DNA of 64,000 nucleotides from Lytechinus pictus (lineage: Eukaryota), in assembly GCF_037042905.1 (NCBI RefSeq), contig NC_087251.1, forward strand, positions 18,726,001-18,790,000, given 5' to 3'. The notes under the pieces were generated by a model. The model was not told the DNA's origin and searched no databases. It worked only from the letters and a program-made list of their open reading frames with translations. Shown here one piece after another: positions 28,330 to 64,000 of this stretch. A program made the position numbers and the translations under genes. How positions within the stretch are numbered: the first letter of the stretch is position 1; the number at the start of each line of letters is the position of its first letter.

Positions 28330-29990
28330 CATATTTTTTTAATAATATTTTATTTTCTTCCTCTTTCAAATCAATAAGTTTACAATCACAATTCATATAA
28401 ATTAAGATTCTGTACATGTATGCGATACAAATAAATATATCAATATCAATGAGATTACACATATTTTTAGAATTATTACAAATGAAGTTAACTGCCCAAT
28501 TTCTCTTCCATAACAATGTGAAAGCAGAGGGGAAAAAACAACATATCAATCGACAAATGAAAAAAAAAATTGTAAAAAATGACTTTTTTCCCTGAATAGA
28601 ATAGAAATAATCTCTTTTGCACATATTAATTGTAAAAGAAAGAAAAGATTATTTTAAAGGTTAATTATAGGAAGGTTATTAGCCTTAAAACGTCCCTACA
28701 CACTCACCTTACCCCCATATACCCCCCCTCATCTCTCTCCCAAGACACTCACACAGCTCACTTCAACTCACCACCCACAGCTCCCCCCCCCCCCTCTTCC
28801 CCGTCACAAAACTCACACATCCATCTACACACGTACACCCACACACGACACATCCTGCTCTGGTAAAACTGTCTGTATTTGAACAAATAAACAAAACAAA
28901 ACAGAAACAAAAATGAAGCAACCAATACATTCAGAGTATTAAGAAAGGTATGCATTAATTTGTTCCCATTTCCTTAAGTGCACCCCCAGCTTCCCCTTTT
29001 TAAACGCTATTTGATATTCCGTATCTCCATACTCTTTAACCAAATGTGTCACTTTCTGTACGGTTGGCAATATTCCCTGTTTTCTTGAACTAAAATAATT
29101 TACTTAATTAAGAATATAATACAGTTTATTAAAGTTACTCTTGAAGTATTTCCAGATATCCCCATGAAAATTGTTTTCCAACTGTCACTGCCAAGTTCAT
29201 TCAGTTGAAATATTTTACTCATATCTTCCCATAATCGCTTAACTTCAGGACAATAAAAAAATAAATGTTGGTAAGACTCAACTTCTTTTTTACAAAAGGA
29301 ACACAAATTTACTGTCTCAAAACCAAATTAAAAAAATTCCCTTTTCGTGTACACAGCCGCCTTTCAATTGTTTGTATTGAAATTCTCTGTGTTTATTGCA
29401 TAGCATTGCACATTTCAGTCTCAGCAATACTTCTTTCAGTTCCCCCATTCCCAGATCATATTCGGATTGCCCATCTGTAACATGAAATACATAATCAATT
29501 TGAAAATTTTCAATGAAGTGATCATATATTCGTCTAGATTTTATATCACATAGTTTCTGAACATGCCCACATATCATCAATTGAATTTCAAAGTTGTCTG
29601 TATCCATTTCCACTAAATCACCTTGTATCCACTCTTCTGTTATTACTGAAAATATCTTTTGAATTCTGAGCAAGTTTTCAGTTGAAAATTTTCAGATTAT
29701 ACCAGTATGAAACTAGTCTGAATTGACCTCCAACTATTATATCCGAGACCTTAACTATACCTTTCTGAAATAATTCAATATAAAAAAGGTCTTATTATTG
29801 AGGCATATACGCTTGTTATTAAAAATAATGGGATTACTTTTCCCTCCACTTATCCAATTCGTGCCATGCCTTAAGCATTTCTATGTAAAATAATGGTATA
29901 CCTTTTAAATTCATTTTACTCGTATCATAATCACACAGAAATATGATTCGACCACCTAAAGAGCTAAAAAAAATATTCGAAAATATTTCG
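28330..29990 (-). mobile_element. Degraded 5'-truncated L1/Tx1-like LINE 3' region just upstream of AK7
   Basis: Broken frames encoding IPLFYIEMLKAW, REFQYK and the C-terminal zinc knuckle CSFCKKEVESYQHLFFYC (29306-29100), then a 3'UTR with AATAAA and an A-rich end near 28330-28355. Boundaries approximate. Confidence 0.75.
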
Positions 29991-30016
29991 AAAATATACC
30001 GTGCAAAGTTTAGTCA

Positions 30017-30087
30017 TAGCGCCATCTCGTGTTGTCAATTCATCTAACTAGCTAGCGAAAATAATTTCCTTGGCGACGCATAGAAAC
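30017..30087. promoter_or_regulatory. Candidate AK7 promoter: CTCF-like motif and RFX X-box-like motif
   Basis: Reverse complement of 30017-30034 is CAACACGAGATGGCGCTA (CTCF-like); ATTTCCTTGGCGAC at 30064-30077 (X-box-like), ~55 bp upstream of the ATG. Confidence 0.5.
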
Positions 30088-30130
30088 AATCGTGAGAAGA
30101 CTGAGATAAGTATTCAAAAAGTTCATAAAA

Positions 30131-54880
<24,750 letters not shown>

Positions 54881-56206
54881 TTCATCATTGGTAAATAAGA
54901 ATAAGAGAAGAATATCTACAAGTAAAGAAAATCTACTTTGCGGAAATCCATTCTTCAAGTTCCATACTTCACAGCATTATATAACTCTCATTCTGAATTA
55001 AAACTGCCTGATGTCTTTTCAAATAAGGCAGCAGAATTCTCTAAAAATTGATATCTTCCCCTGTTTTGAAACTCAAATGCACAGATAATGAAAACATTGA
55101 AAACAGAACTCTTCACTTCTCTAAAAACTTAATTTCACAAAGACATCAGAAATATTTTAAGGACATGTCTTTGGTGGTGTTAAGTTCAAATCAACAATCC
55201 ATACAACATGGATGACAAGTTGGTTTGTCAACTGAATGTTTTGTGCAAAATACATCACATTTATTTGGATGAGCCCATCTTTATCCTGCAAAATGTATCC
55301 ACTTGTGATCTTCAAAACAAGAAGAAAAGAAATCTTATCACTAGATGCATATGAACTTCCTGAAAATACAGGTATGAATACTTGTTCAAAGAGAAAAAAA
55401 ATGCAAATACAAATGTAATTGCTATTCATTTCTCAAGTTGAGGTGATATTTTTGTACTTGGATTGTACTGAAGTTTTTTAGATATTGAAAATAAAAGTTG
55501 TTTTTGATAATGTGCACCGATTCTGTATATAGAATTAATAGATGTATTCAACCAGCAATTAATTCATATTCACAACTTATGCAACATCTGTGTTTGTGTA
55601 CTGTTTCTCCGTCCAAGAATAGCAAAACATAGCCTTGTTTAATAGAAAGCCTTGTCTATTTAATGTTACCGTTCCAGATTTATTGATATAGTGATCATAT
55701 TTATGAGTTATCAGATATGAAATTATTGATAGATTCTAAATTCTCTGTGCTGAATATCAAAATGTTAAGATTTTGAATGTTAATCTCAATTGTATTTCTA
55801 TTGCACTGAATTGAAGGTAAAGTATATAAGAAACCATATTTTGTTTGTAATATTGATCACAGAGAGAATTGTAATATCCAGACAAATGTGTATATAAGAT
55901 GTACAAATGAACTTTAAATACCACAACAGCCTATATCATTGGTAAATGAACTACTGAGTGTCTGAAAAGTGCTGTACATGTGTACATATCTATATTATTG
56001 TACAGTTCATTGGATTCATGCCTTACACTGTGAGCCTATCTTCTATATCCTCAGATTACATTTTGTATGAATGTAATTGAATAAAGATTTATTTGAACAC
56101 TACAGATGCTTGTCATGAAGAAGTTTTTGTAAATTGAGAATATTTCAAATAAATAAAATCAATCTGTCATGGTAGGAGAATGTCACTCTGGAATACAGTT
56201 TTCATA

Positions 56207-56726
56207 GGGTGTGTTCAATGTCGAGTTTCAAATTGAAACAGCATCATGAATCATGATTCAAACCATGATTACAAAACACGGATATATTATGTGAAACAAA
56301 GGGTGTGTTCAGTGTCCTCCATTCCCGGTCATAAAAGTAAACGTCTTTCAAATCACGATTCAGAGGAAAATTTAAACGTCAAAAAAGATGTTTGTTAACG
56401 CGATCACCTCATATTTTACGACCTTCAGCATCGCGAATGTGACATTGAACATGATTGAATTTTGAAATGTCTTTAAATTTGCTCTCGCAGTGGAAGCCTC
56501 CACAAACAGGTGCCAAATTGACCTTTCTTGTGATGGGTCAAACTGAGCACTAAAGCTGCGCTAACGAAAGCGGGAAATTCAAAGACGATCAACATATAAA
56601 AAGCTTTATATTTTCGACACTTAACAGTGCACCACTGATCGTGTTTATGTTCTGTGTTTTGTAATTGAGATTTCAATCAGGTTTCATGTTGCTGTTTAAC
56701 TTTGAAAATCAACATTGAACACATCC
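56207..56726. mobile_element. MITE (PIF/Harbinger-like)
   Basis: ATA|GGGTGTGTTCAATGTCGAGTTTCAAATTGAAACAGC ... GCTGTTTAACTTTGAAAATCAACATTGAACACATCC|TTA. Confidence 0.75.
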
Positions 56727-56880
56727 TTAGATATGCTTGTAAGTTTATTTCATACAACAGAAAGTTGCATTTGTTTTGTAATTGAGATTTCAATCAGGAT
56801 TGATGTTGCTGTTCAACTTTGAAAATCGACGTTGAACACGCCCTTAGATATGCTTGTAAGTTTCATTCATACAACAGAAA
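56655..56880 (+). repeat. 117-bp tandem duplication
   Basis: TGTTTTGTAATTGAGATTTCAATCAGG...CATACAACAGAAA at 56655 and again at 56772. Confidence 0.85.
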
Positions 56881-59339
56881 TTTGCTTTGCACATTTCAAA
56901 TGAACTAATGACATTGCTTGCACCATAAATTTCTCATAATTTGGCTCATTTAAGCATTTCCTGCTCAAAGAACAAAAATTTATTGAAATTAAACTTTCAC
57001 AGAATGTGCGCTTGATGATTACTGAAATGAGAAGTTTGAACCAGTGGTCCCATCCATCTATGTCTGTTTTATTTCTGATTCCCATGGCAATTTGCATGAA
57101 AACTGTTGGTAATTATAGAAGTAGATTCCTCTTGTATCAGATGGATACAAAATCAAAACGTGAAACTCTTTTGGCTTCCCATACTCTTGTTTGTAAGAAT
57201 TTGAAAGCTTGCTGGAATGCTACCCAGGGAGAGGAGAAAGTGTATTCATTGTGTGCAGGCAAGCCTGAATACAATAACTAAGAAAACTTACATGGTTCTG
57301 AAGTATTAAAGCTACATATTTTTGACGTTGTTTGTTATAAACAGCTTTACATGTACGACACTTCCACTTTTCGTTGTTCGTTGTTTAAATGTTATACTCC
57401 TGTACCTCCAAATCATTTTAACATTACCATCAAAATACACATTTTTACTTCACATAGGTTTTGACTCGTCAAAGACAATGATCACACATTTCAAAGTTAA
57501 TGAATGAAACATCATTTTTATTCATTGAATTCCACTTAATGATATCCTTTGTAAATAGCACCTATCAAGTTCTTTAGTGAATTAGAGTCAAGGCCAAGTG
57601 GCTGTAATCTGCACAAAGTTTAACATATACCTTGATTAAATCTATGGTAAACTTAATTACCAAATAGGACATCAAATGGTAGATAATTGGGTTATCAGTA
57701 TTATTTTATCTGTCTAGGTAAGAGAAGAGGAATTAGCACTTGCTTCTTGACCATTAAAGCACCAAACCAGGGTTACATTGCATAAAGATATTAAGGTAAC
57801 CTTGCCCTCCAATGGTAATTACCATGGTAACAATGCTCAATAGCCAATCAAATTCATGGATGCTATTACTGGACGGCAAAGTAACTATAATAGTAAATTT
57901 TATGCAGCAGGGCCCAGAGGTATACAAAATGAAAGTATGAATAGTATTATTATTTTTTTCTATTATTTCGGGCTACCATAGGGAAAGCACACATTCAAAG
58001 TTTTGAATGAAATCCAAGGACGTAATTTGCAGTCTTGTAATAAAAAGAAATACCACTTTACTTGACAACATGGGTCTACCAAATATTACTTGGTAGCTTG
58101 ATACCAGCATGTGGGATATGTACAGTCAACATTAATAATAACATGAATAAATGCCAAAGTAGGGGCAGATTAAATAAAAAACATTTGTTTAAATCCCAAA
58201 TTTATTGGTCCAAAGCTCAGTGTAATAAATGGTGAATAAAAACTGTGACAATACGTACATGTATTCAGATTAAGAATTTCATTAATGAGAAATGCCTTGA
58301 TCACTTATAAAATTTCTGATCTGGCTAAATTTTAATGATTTCTGAAATGAATAATAATTTTTCCTCTAAGGTACATCAACATTTGAAGAAAACACTATGA
58401 AAATTGTTGTTTCTTAAAATTTGTTTCTTGTTAATTTTCCAATTTTGATGTAGTTAATATATCAGGCAATTATCACTTTATAGTGACTCTTTCCTCACAA
58501 GTTAAATGTAAAAAAACAAAAGTTTTACATACACTGTATTTTGGCTTCCCATAATCTTAGCACAAACTTAGACCATAGTTTTAATGAAACAAGCTTTCAG
58601 AATACAAGCCATAGTATACAGTAACCCATTGCAGACGGACTGAGCCCACATATATGTGTTCTGAAGTCTATGGAAAACGTGTGTTGTAGCAAAATCATTC
58701 AGTCTCCATTGGGTTAAATCATAGTGGGCTGATCCCCCTAATTTATTATCTACTTAAATGGTGAGCAGGATAAGTTGATTGACCTTGTAACTTAAGCAAG
58801 CAATCTGGCACGCAATAATTGAAATGACAAAATACCGTATTGCATTAATCATGAAATGACATTCAATTCTATATAAAAACAACAACAAATTCTGAATCTA
58901 CATACATGTACAAACTTTCATATCAAATGAATAAGAAAATGAAACACAAGTGTGAATACGGAAATAATAATAGATTATGATAAAACAAGTCCTCATAATT
59001 TTTAAGTCTTCTTGTGATCGAGAGGTCCGAAAACACCTATATTTGCATCCGTTGAGATAAAGAGGCATGATACAATATAGTATGGGTGACTTTGAGGACA
59101 GTCCAAAGTATACAATCAAGACAGAAATGAGATAAATAGACATCACAGAGATATCTGTACTTAATATAGCACAGCACTTTTGTGTGATAGACAGCTCACG
59201 GATTTAAAACAACAAACTCCAACCATGTTGGGATCATAACTCGCTTTATAATTCAAATGTTTTTAGTACTGTAAGTAAACACTTGAATCAATTTCAAAAC
59301 ATAAAATCTATATACTGTACATATTCCAGATACTTCGCA

Positions 59340-59868
59340 GCTTACATTAGTTACCAATGAAAGATAGATTGATGTTCAAACTTCTTGTAATTGCTTTTAA
59401 ATGTCAGTATAATGTGGCCCTTTTATACTTACAACAGCTTCTCAATGAGTAGCACCCAATTAGGCAGCTACTTTCAAGTAACAAAGATGTTGAATCCCTT
59501 AAATGTTAATACAATTTCATATGGGCAAAGGGCATTTCAATATTCATTCCATATTAAAACTATGGAATATACTTCCTGGTAATATTCAAGAATTTTCTTC
59601 TCTTGATCTATTTAAGTCTATTTTAAAGTGTTACTTTTTCCAAAGATAAATTCAAATTCAAATTTTCCTAATATTGATGGCGATATCATGTAATTCCAAA
59701 TTTTCAAAATTCAGTCTCAAATATGTATAATGATGTATTTTAAGTTATGTATAATGATGTATTTACGTTCAATGTAGAATGTTCTTTCCTTTTTTTTCTT
59801 ATACTACCTTTTCAGAGCACTAAGAGACTTAACTGTAATTTGCGTATTGAGTATTATTATTATTATTA
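59340..59868 (+). mobile_element. Old L2-type LINE 3' fragment
   Basis: Degenerate LH*LPMKDRLMFKLLVIAFK...YGQRAF...LWNILP...FKSILKCYFF (L2 ORF2 C-terminus), followed by a 3'UTR ending in (TAT)n. Confidence 0.65.
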
Positions 59869-60354
59869 GATAAAACTGAAATATTGAACATGACCCTACT
59901 TAGTGTTGCTAAAGACAGTGGTTAAGATAATGGAAAGAAGTACGTTTAGATCCTGTATCATATTAGCCTTTGGATAGATAATATTCTCTAGTACTTTGTC
60001 CCTTAGGGCAGAGTTTAAGATGTGGTTCAGTCCCAGATTGTTAAATACAATGCTCTCTGAGAAGTTACTTCATAGCAAACTTAAGCGAGATCAGAATGGG
60101 GGCTGCATAATTCAGACACAGTGACACTGAAACAAATAAATAACAATACAGTATTTCAATTGTAACACATTAGGTTACTTCCAACAATCAAACTGCATCA
60201 AATTGTTGTAAATGAGTGAAAGAGAAGCCATAAAACAAAATCAAACTCCTGTGTCAAGCCCCTGTCACTTCTTTCCCCCTGCATGTACAACATACAAACA
60301 TTATCTGACAACTTTTGATGGGACATGATGTATAGCCTTATTGTGATATAACAT

Positions 60355-60633
60355 CTAGGCCCCATCGCACAAAGATTTACGATTAATCCAACCAATCACA
60401 ACTATGGAAAGCCAGCAACGTCAACATCTAAAATACATGTTTCTTCAAGATATTTTTTTAGATATATGATGTACATTCATACATTCACTGTTTTCTTGAA
60501 AATTAAGTGTGCTTCTCTTTGCTTTCAAAGGATTTCGTGCAAATTTCCTGAAGAAAAACTTATGACATTGATGGATTTCCATATACTTGAGATTGATCAG
60601 ATCAATCTTAACTCTTTGTAAGATGGGGCCCTG
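60355..60633. mobile_element. MITE (Harbinger-like)
   Basis: CTAGGCCCCATCGCACAAAG ... CTTTGTAAGATGGGGCCCTG imperfect TIRs. Confidence 0.55.
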
Positions 60634-60891
60634 GTGATAAATGAATGTCAAAATATTGTGCAGCCCTAACTAGATTGCACATCCTTCAATAGAGATAAAT
60701 GAGGAAAGTAAGTTTTTATTCCAAATCCTTACAATATCAATAATGAGACCTACTGATACCCTGTATGAAATATATCTTAATTTAACAGTCTTGAATTCAA
60801 TTTTTAGGGAAAAAGTTGCTTACCCCTCTTGACTTTATTTGATTGGATACACGTGTATAATAATCAACCTTGAAATCAAATGCCTTCAAAG

Positions 60892-61611
60892 TTAATGAAG
60901 CTTGCCAGTATTTGTCATATTAGACACATGTTCATTTCCAGGATCACTCTCGGAAACCTTTGTTTTGCGACGTTTAACTAGTACCGGTTGCTGAGCGAGT
61001 GGATTTCTGGAGTACACATAAATAGATATCAGGATCACTAGAATGGCTATGGCAGTAAACAGATTTACAGGAATACCAAAAAATATCCATGACAGTAAAC
61101 TGGCCATGATGACTTCCAGAGCAGTGGCAAAATTTTTAACGATTGAATTGAGCGTTTTGAGGAAGATGGCAGTGACGATGCCCATGGCTGCCATGTTGCA
61201 AATGACAGCACCCACTTTGAAGCGGTCCATGGCGGAGGCACTGCCTTCCATCAGCACAAAGAGTTTTTGATACGGTTGACCCGAGGCTGCATACAAGATG
61301 AGACCGCAGATGATGGAGTTGGAGTACATGAAGATGTTCTGAATCCATAAATCAAGACCTTTGCTATGGTGTTTGATGAGGAGTTCAGTGTAGACACCTG
61401 CAATGGTTGAACATAGCAGCTGCAGTAGGATGAAGATGATGGCGGGGTTAAAGGTCAAAAGGCTGCTCTGTGAATCCTCTGTGAGCTGACTGGTGCCATT
61501 AGGTTTGTAGGAAGCAAAGTAGGCTGGATTCAGTTGGTTCATCATACAACCAAACATAAGGAAGACAAGAGATAACCATTGCTTGCCACTTAGCTTTCTG
61601 TCAAAGAGAAC
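60892..61611 (-). CDS. senju-like SLC35A last coding exon
   Basis: tag|GTTCTC...CATTAA, 720 nt, multiple transmembrane segments. Confidence 0.93.
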   Translation of the reverse strand, partial: VLFDRKLSGKQWLSLVFLMFGCMMNQLNPAYFASYKPNGTSQLTEDSQSSLLTFNPAIIFILLQLLCSTIAGVYTELLIKHHSKGLDLWIQNIFMYSNSIICGLILYAASGQPYQKLFVLMEGSASAMDRFKVGAVICNMAAMGIVTAIFLKTLNSIVKNFATALEVIMASLLSWIFFGIPVNLFTAIAILVILISIYVYSRNPLAQQPVLVKRRKTKVSESDPGNEHVSNMTNTGKLH

Positions 61612-63764
61612 CTAAGAATAGAAAAGGAAAAGGAAGGTGCAATAACTACCATAAAAAAAAACACAGGAGAGTATTAGAACTAGAGATACAAGTATCATTA
61701 CTTGCATAACCTCAATAAAGACATCTCTTTACTAGATCTTGGGATGTAAGTTCTCAATGATAAAAATTAGATGGTCTTTGATTCATTTTGAACAATCAAT
61801 TTTCTTAACTTTCTCCCATATTGGTCTCCATTCAAGAGACCCACATACTGCCAGCTCCCCCCCCCCAAAAAAAAACCCCTGAATAAAATACTTATGCTGA
61901 CTAAACCACTATTTTCTCTTATCTATGCCTAATCATGATGACTACCATAGAAAGGATACAAAAGTGTCATATTAATATTACCTGGTAAACAACTCCTGAT
62001 ATCACAATCTTGATCTGCATCAAAATGGAGTATGATGTTGGGTCAAATTTTGTCAAGTTTAGGAAGGTCAAATTATTGAAGACAGCATACAGAAAAGCAG
62101 GAATGAAGTACAAAGCAAGTACTGAAAATAAAGGAACAGGTAAGAAAACAATTTTCAAATCTATTCATGTGAACAAGTTTTTATAGTACTTATGAGAAAA
62201 AAAATTTACAAATAAATTTCTATCCAAACAGAGCAGTGATTCAAATACATGGAGATCTCACACCTGCTAATACCAACAAATGCAGAACGCAATTATCTCT
62301 CTGAAAATCTTCCCAAAGACTGGCTGTGTCCTCACCTACACTTAAACCAGTTTAATGTGGCAAAGCAGTCTTGAAAACCACATTGCAAGGTGGTTTTCCA
62401 AACTTGTTTGGAAGACTACATTATAGATCACTTCCATGCCTGCTTTGAGCATCCCCATTACATGTTAAACAAGTTTATGAACATACATGTAGATGAGAAT
62501 AGAGTTTAATATAGACAGCACTTATTGATGTTATGTGCTATAACAGCAATAGGGTATGTTCCCGGGGGGGGGGGGGGGCCACTTCCATTCACGAGTGGAT
62601 ACCATGCGCGACCATGAGATCTCAAAAAGCACCCTAAACACGTATTTTCCATATTCTAAAATTGCAACCCTTAATACGTATTGGCGTGTGAAACCCTACC
62701 CTTAACAAGTATTGGAAACAAAACGATACTAATTGCAAGTATTCCCTGAATTGAACCCCTAAACAAGTACAGCGGTATGTCACGTCAGTCGGTTTTACCT
62801 TTACCTACATCATTGCATGGGTTTAACAGCCCAACTCGCGCAAATCATACTCTAAACACGTAGTGTTGACTCTTGGAGCAAAAAGTACATCCTTTATAAA
62901 ACATTTTAGTCTTGATTTTTATACCCTCGCAAATTCGACCCTAAACACGTAGCTTTCCTAGCGAAATAGATACCCTTTTTTCATTATTTTAGCGTTTTTG
63001 ACACCCTTATTACGTTACGTACGTAACGTGCCCTATCTTGAAAAAGACATCCTTTTTACGTGTTTTTTTGGTCGCGCATGCTATCCACTCGTCAATGTAA
63101 GTGGCCCCCCCGGGGGTATGTTAGACAAATATTAGATAAGATGACATGGAGTAAGTTGAAAAAGTTGAACAAGCTCCCATTATAAAGAAAGATCAACAAT
63201 GCTATCAAAACTATATGTACTTGTGCAATGTGCGCTTAGCTATGTCTCCTATAAGACAAATGTTTGCCCTGGCGGTGATTTCAAAGATTTCTTTTTCCTT
63301 CTAATAATCAAGAGCCAGATAATGGTAAATATATCTAAACAATAGCCACGATGCTATTTGTCTCATCCAAACCTTATTCCAATTTGAAATTTAAATTTAA
63401 AACTTATTTCCAAAGGAACCATTTAAGGCAGTCCTGCAAACAAAAGATTTTAATTGTTTAATATTCATAAGGAATGTATTAAGAAGTTTGACAAATTCCA
63501 ATTTGCATTGAAATAGTGAATTTGGTGTCCATGGCATTGTTAATTTAAGGAATTAAATCATTATTTTTATTCAAGTTTTTATAGCATTAAACATGAAACT
63601 GACACATAAAAAATGGGTAATCGTGCAGTTTGCATGAAACAATTATGCCCTGAATATTTTTTCACCAAGCATATCATTGTAGAGTAAAATTTGAAACTTT
63701 GTAGAATGAAATCTTACCTCTGGTATTCTTTGAAACATCTTTAACAACTCCATGAAAAGAAAAT
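60892..63764 (-). CDS. SLC35A-family nucleotide-sugar transporter, senju-like (putative UDP-galactose transporter); 3' three coding exons, 5' part beyond the window
   Basis: Exons 63764-63718, 62121-61982 and 61611-60892 join in frame: ...DVSKNTRVLALYFIPAFLYAVFNNLTFLNLTKFDPTSYSILMQIKIVISGVVYQVLFDRKLSGKQWLSLVFLMFGC...AGVYTELLIK...LWIQNIFMY...LNSIVKNFA. These are SLC35A motifs; closest match from memory is Drosophila senju. Confidence 0.9.
61982..62121 (-). CDS. senju-like SLC35A internal exon
   Basis: cag|TACTTG...TACCAG|gtaat, 140 nt. Confidence 0.93.
62561..63114. mobile_element. MITE with CCCGGG(G)n termini and 8-bp TSD
   Basis: GGTATGTT|CCCGGG(G)nCCACTTCCATTCACGAGTGGATACCATGCGCGACCA ... 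TGGTCGCGCATGCTATCCACTCGTCAATGTAAGTGGCCCCCCCGGG|GGTATGTT; internal CCCTAAACACGTA-like repeats; intron of the SLC35A gene. Confidence 0.88.
63718..63764 (-). CDS. senju-like SLC35A internal exon
   Basis: tag|ATTTTC...CCAGAG|gtaag, 47 nt, phase-compatible with the next exon. Confidence 0.8.
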
Positions 63765-64000
63765 CTAGGTAAAGAAAGATGTTAAAGAACAAGAAAATAT
63801 AATAATTGTTCATATAAAGACAAATACAGCCTTCATCTTCAGCCCCAATGATTGAAAGCTGGAGGAGAGGTCACATGTAACAGTAATTCTGTTCAAATCT
63901 CTCCCAAGCACAGGTGCGACATATGGTGACAAATTGAATAGAAAGGAAATGGTAGATATTTTTGCTTGTTTTCTATCATAAAGCCCACATATTACAGTAT

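Noticed and set aside
61043..61348. Overlapping alternative-frame and antisense ORFs in the SLC35A exon (likewise 49610-49889, 50351-50605, 31952-32741)
   Set aside because: Shadows of real coding sequence, with no independent splice or domain evidence.

Overview
AT-rich, intron-rich eukaryotic genomic DNA from a metazoan. A marine invertebrate deuterostome such as a sea urchin is my inference from gene structure, repeat types and abundant TACATGTA words. I reconstructed three spliced genes by hand from GT-AG boundaries and reading-frame continuity. (1) A complete Rab1 GTPase gene on the minus strand (7 coding exons, 22860->7312, 206 aa, ending GGGCCS). (2) A complete adenylate kinase 7 gene on the plus strand (17 coding exons, 30131->54880, 708 aa), head-to-head with Rab1. 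(3) The last three coding exons of a senju-like SLC35A nucleotide-sugar transporter on the minus strand, tail-to-tail with AK7 and running off the right edge. Introns and intergenic DNA are rich in transposons. These include a near full-length CR1 LINE (PHD-finger ORF1 broken only by one extra A in a homopolymer, open 1037-codon ORF2) and truncated RTEX-like, L2/Crack-like, L1/Tx1-like and L2 LINEs. There are also many non-autonomous DNA elements with readable TIRs and TSDs (TTAA/Kolobok-like, TA/mariner-pogo-like, 7-bp P-like, 8-bp types, a 1-kb foldback element and Helentron/DINE-like elements). I found no CRISPR array, rRNA, tRNA or convincing wholly new biological system. The best leads are the possibly young CR1, the foldback element, the DINE-like element with AGGTCA arrays, and candidate promoter motifs.
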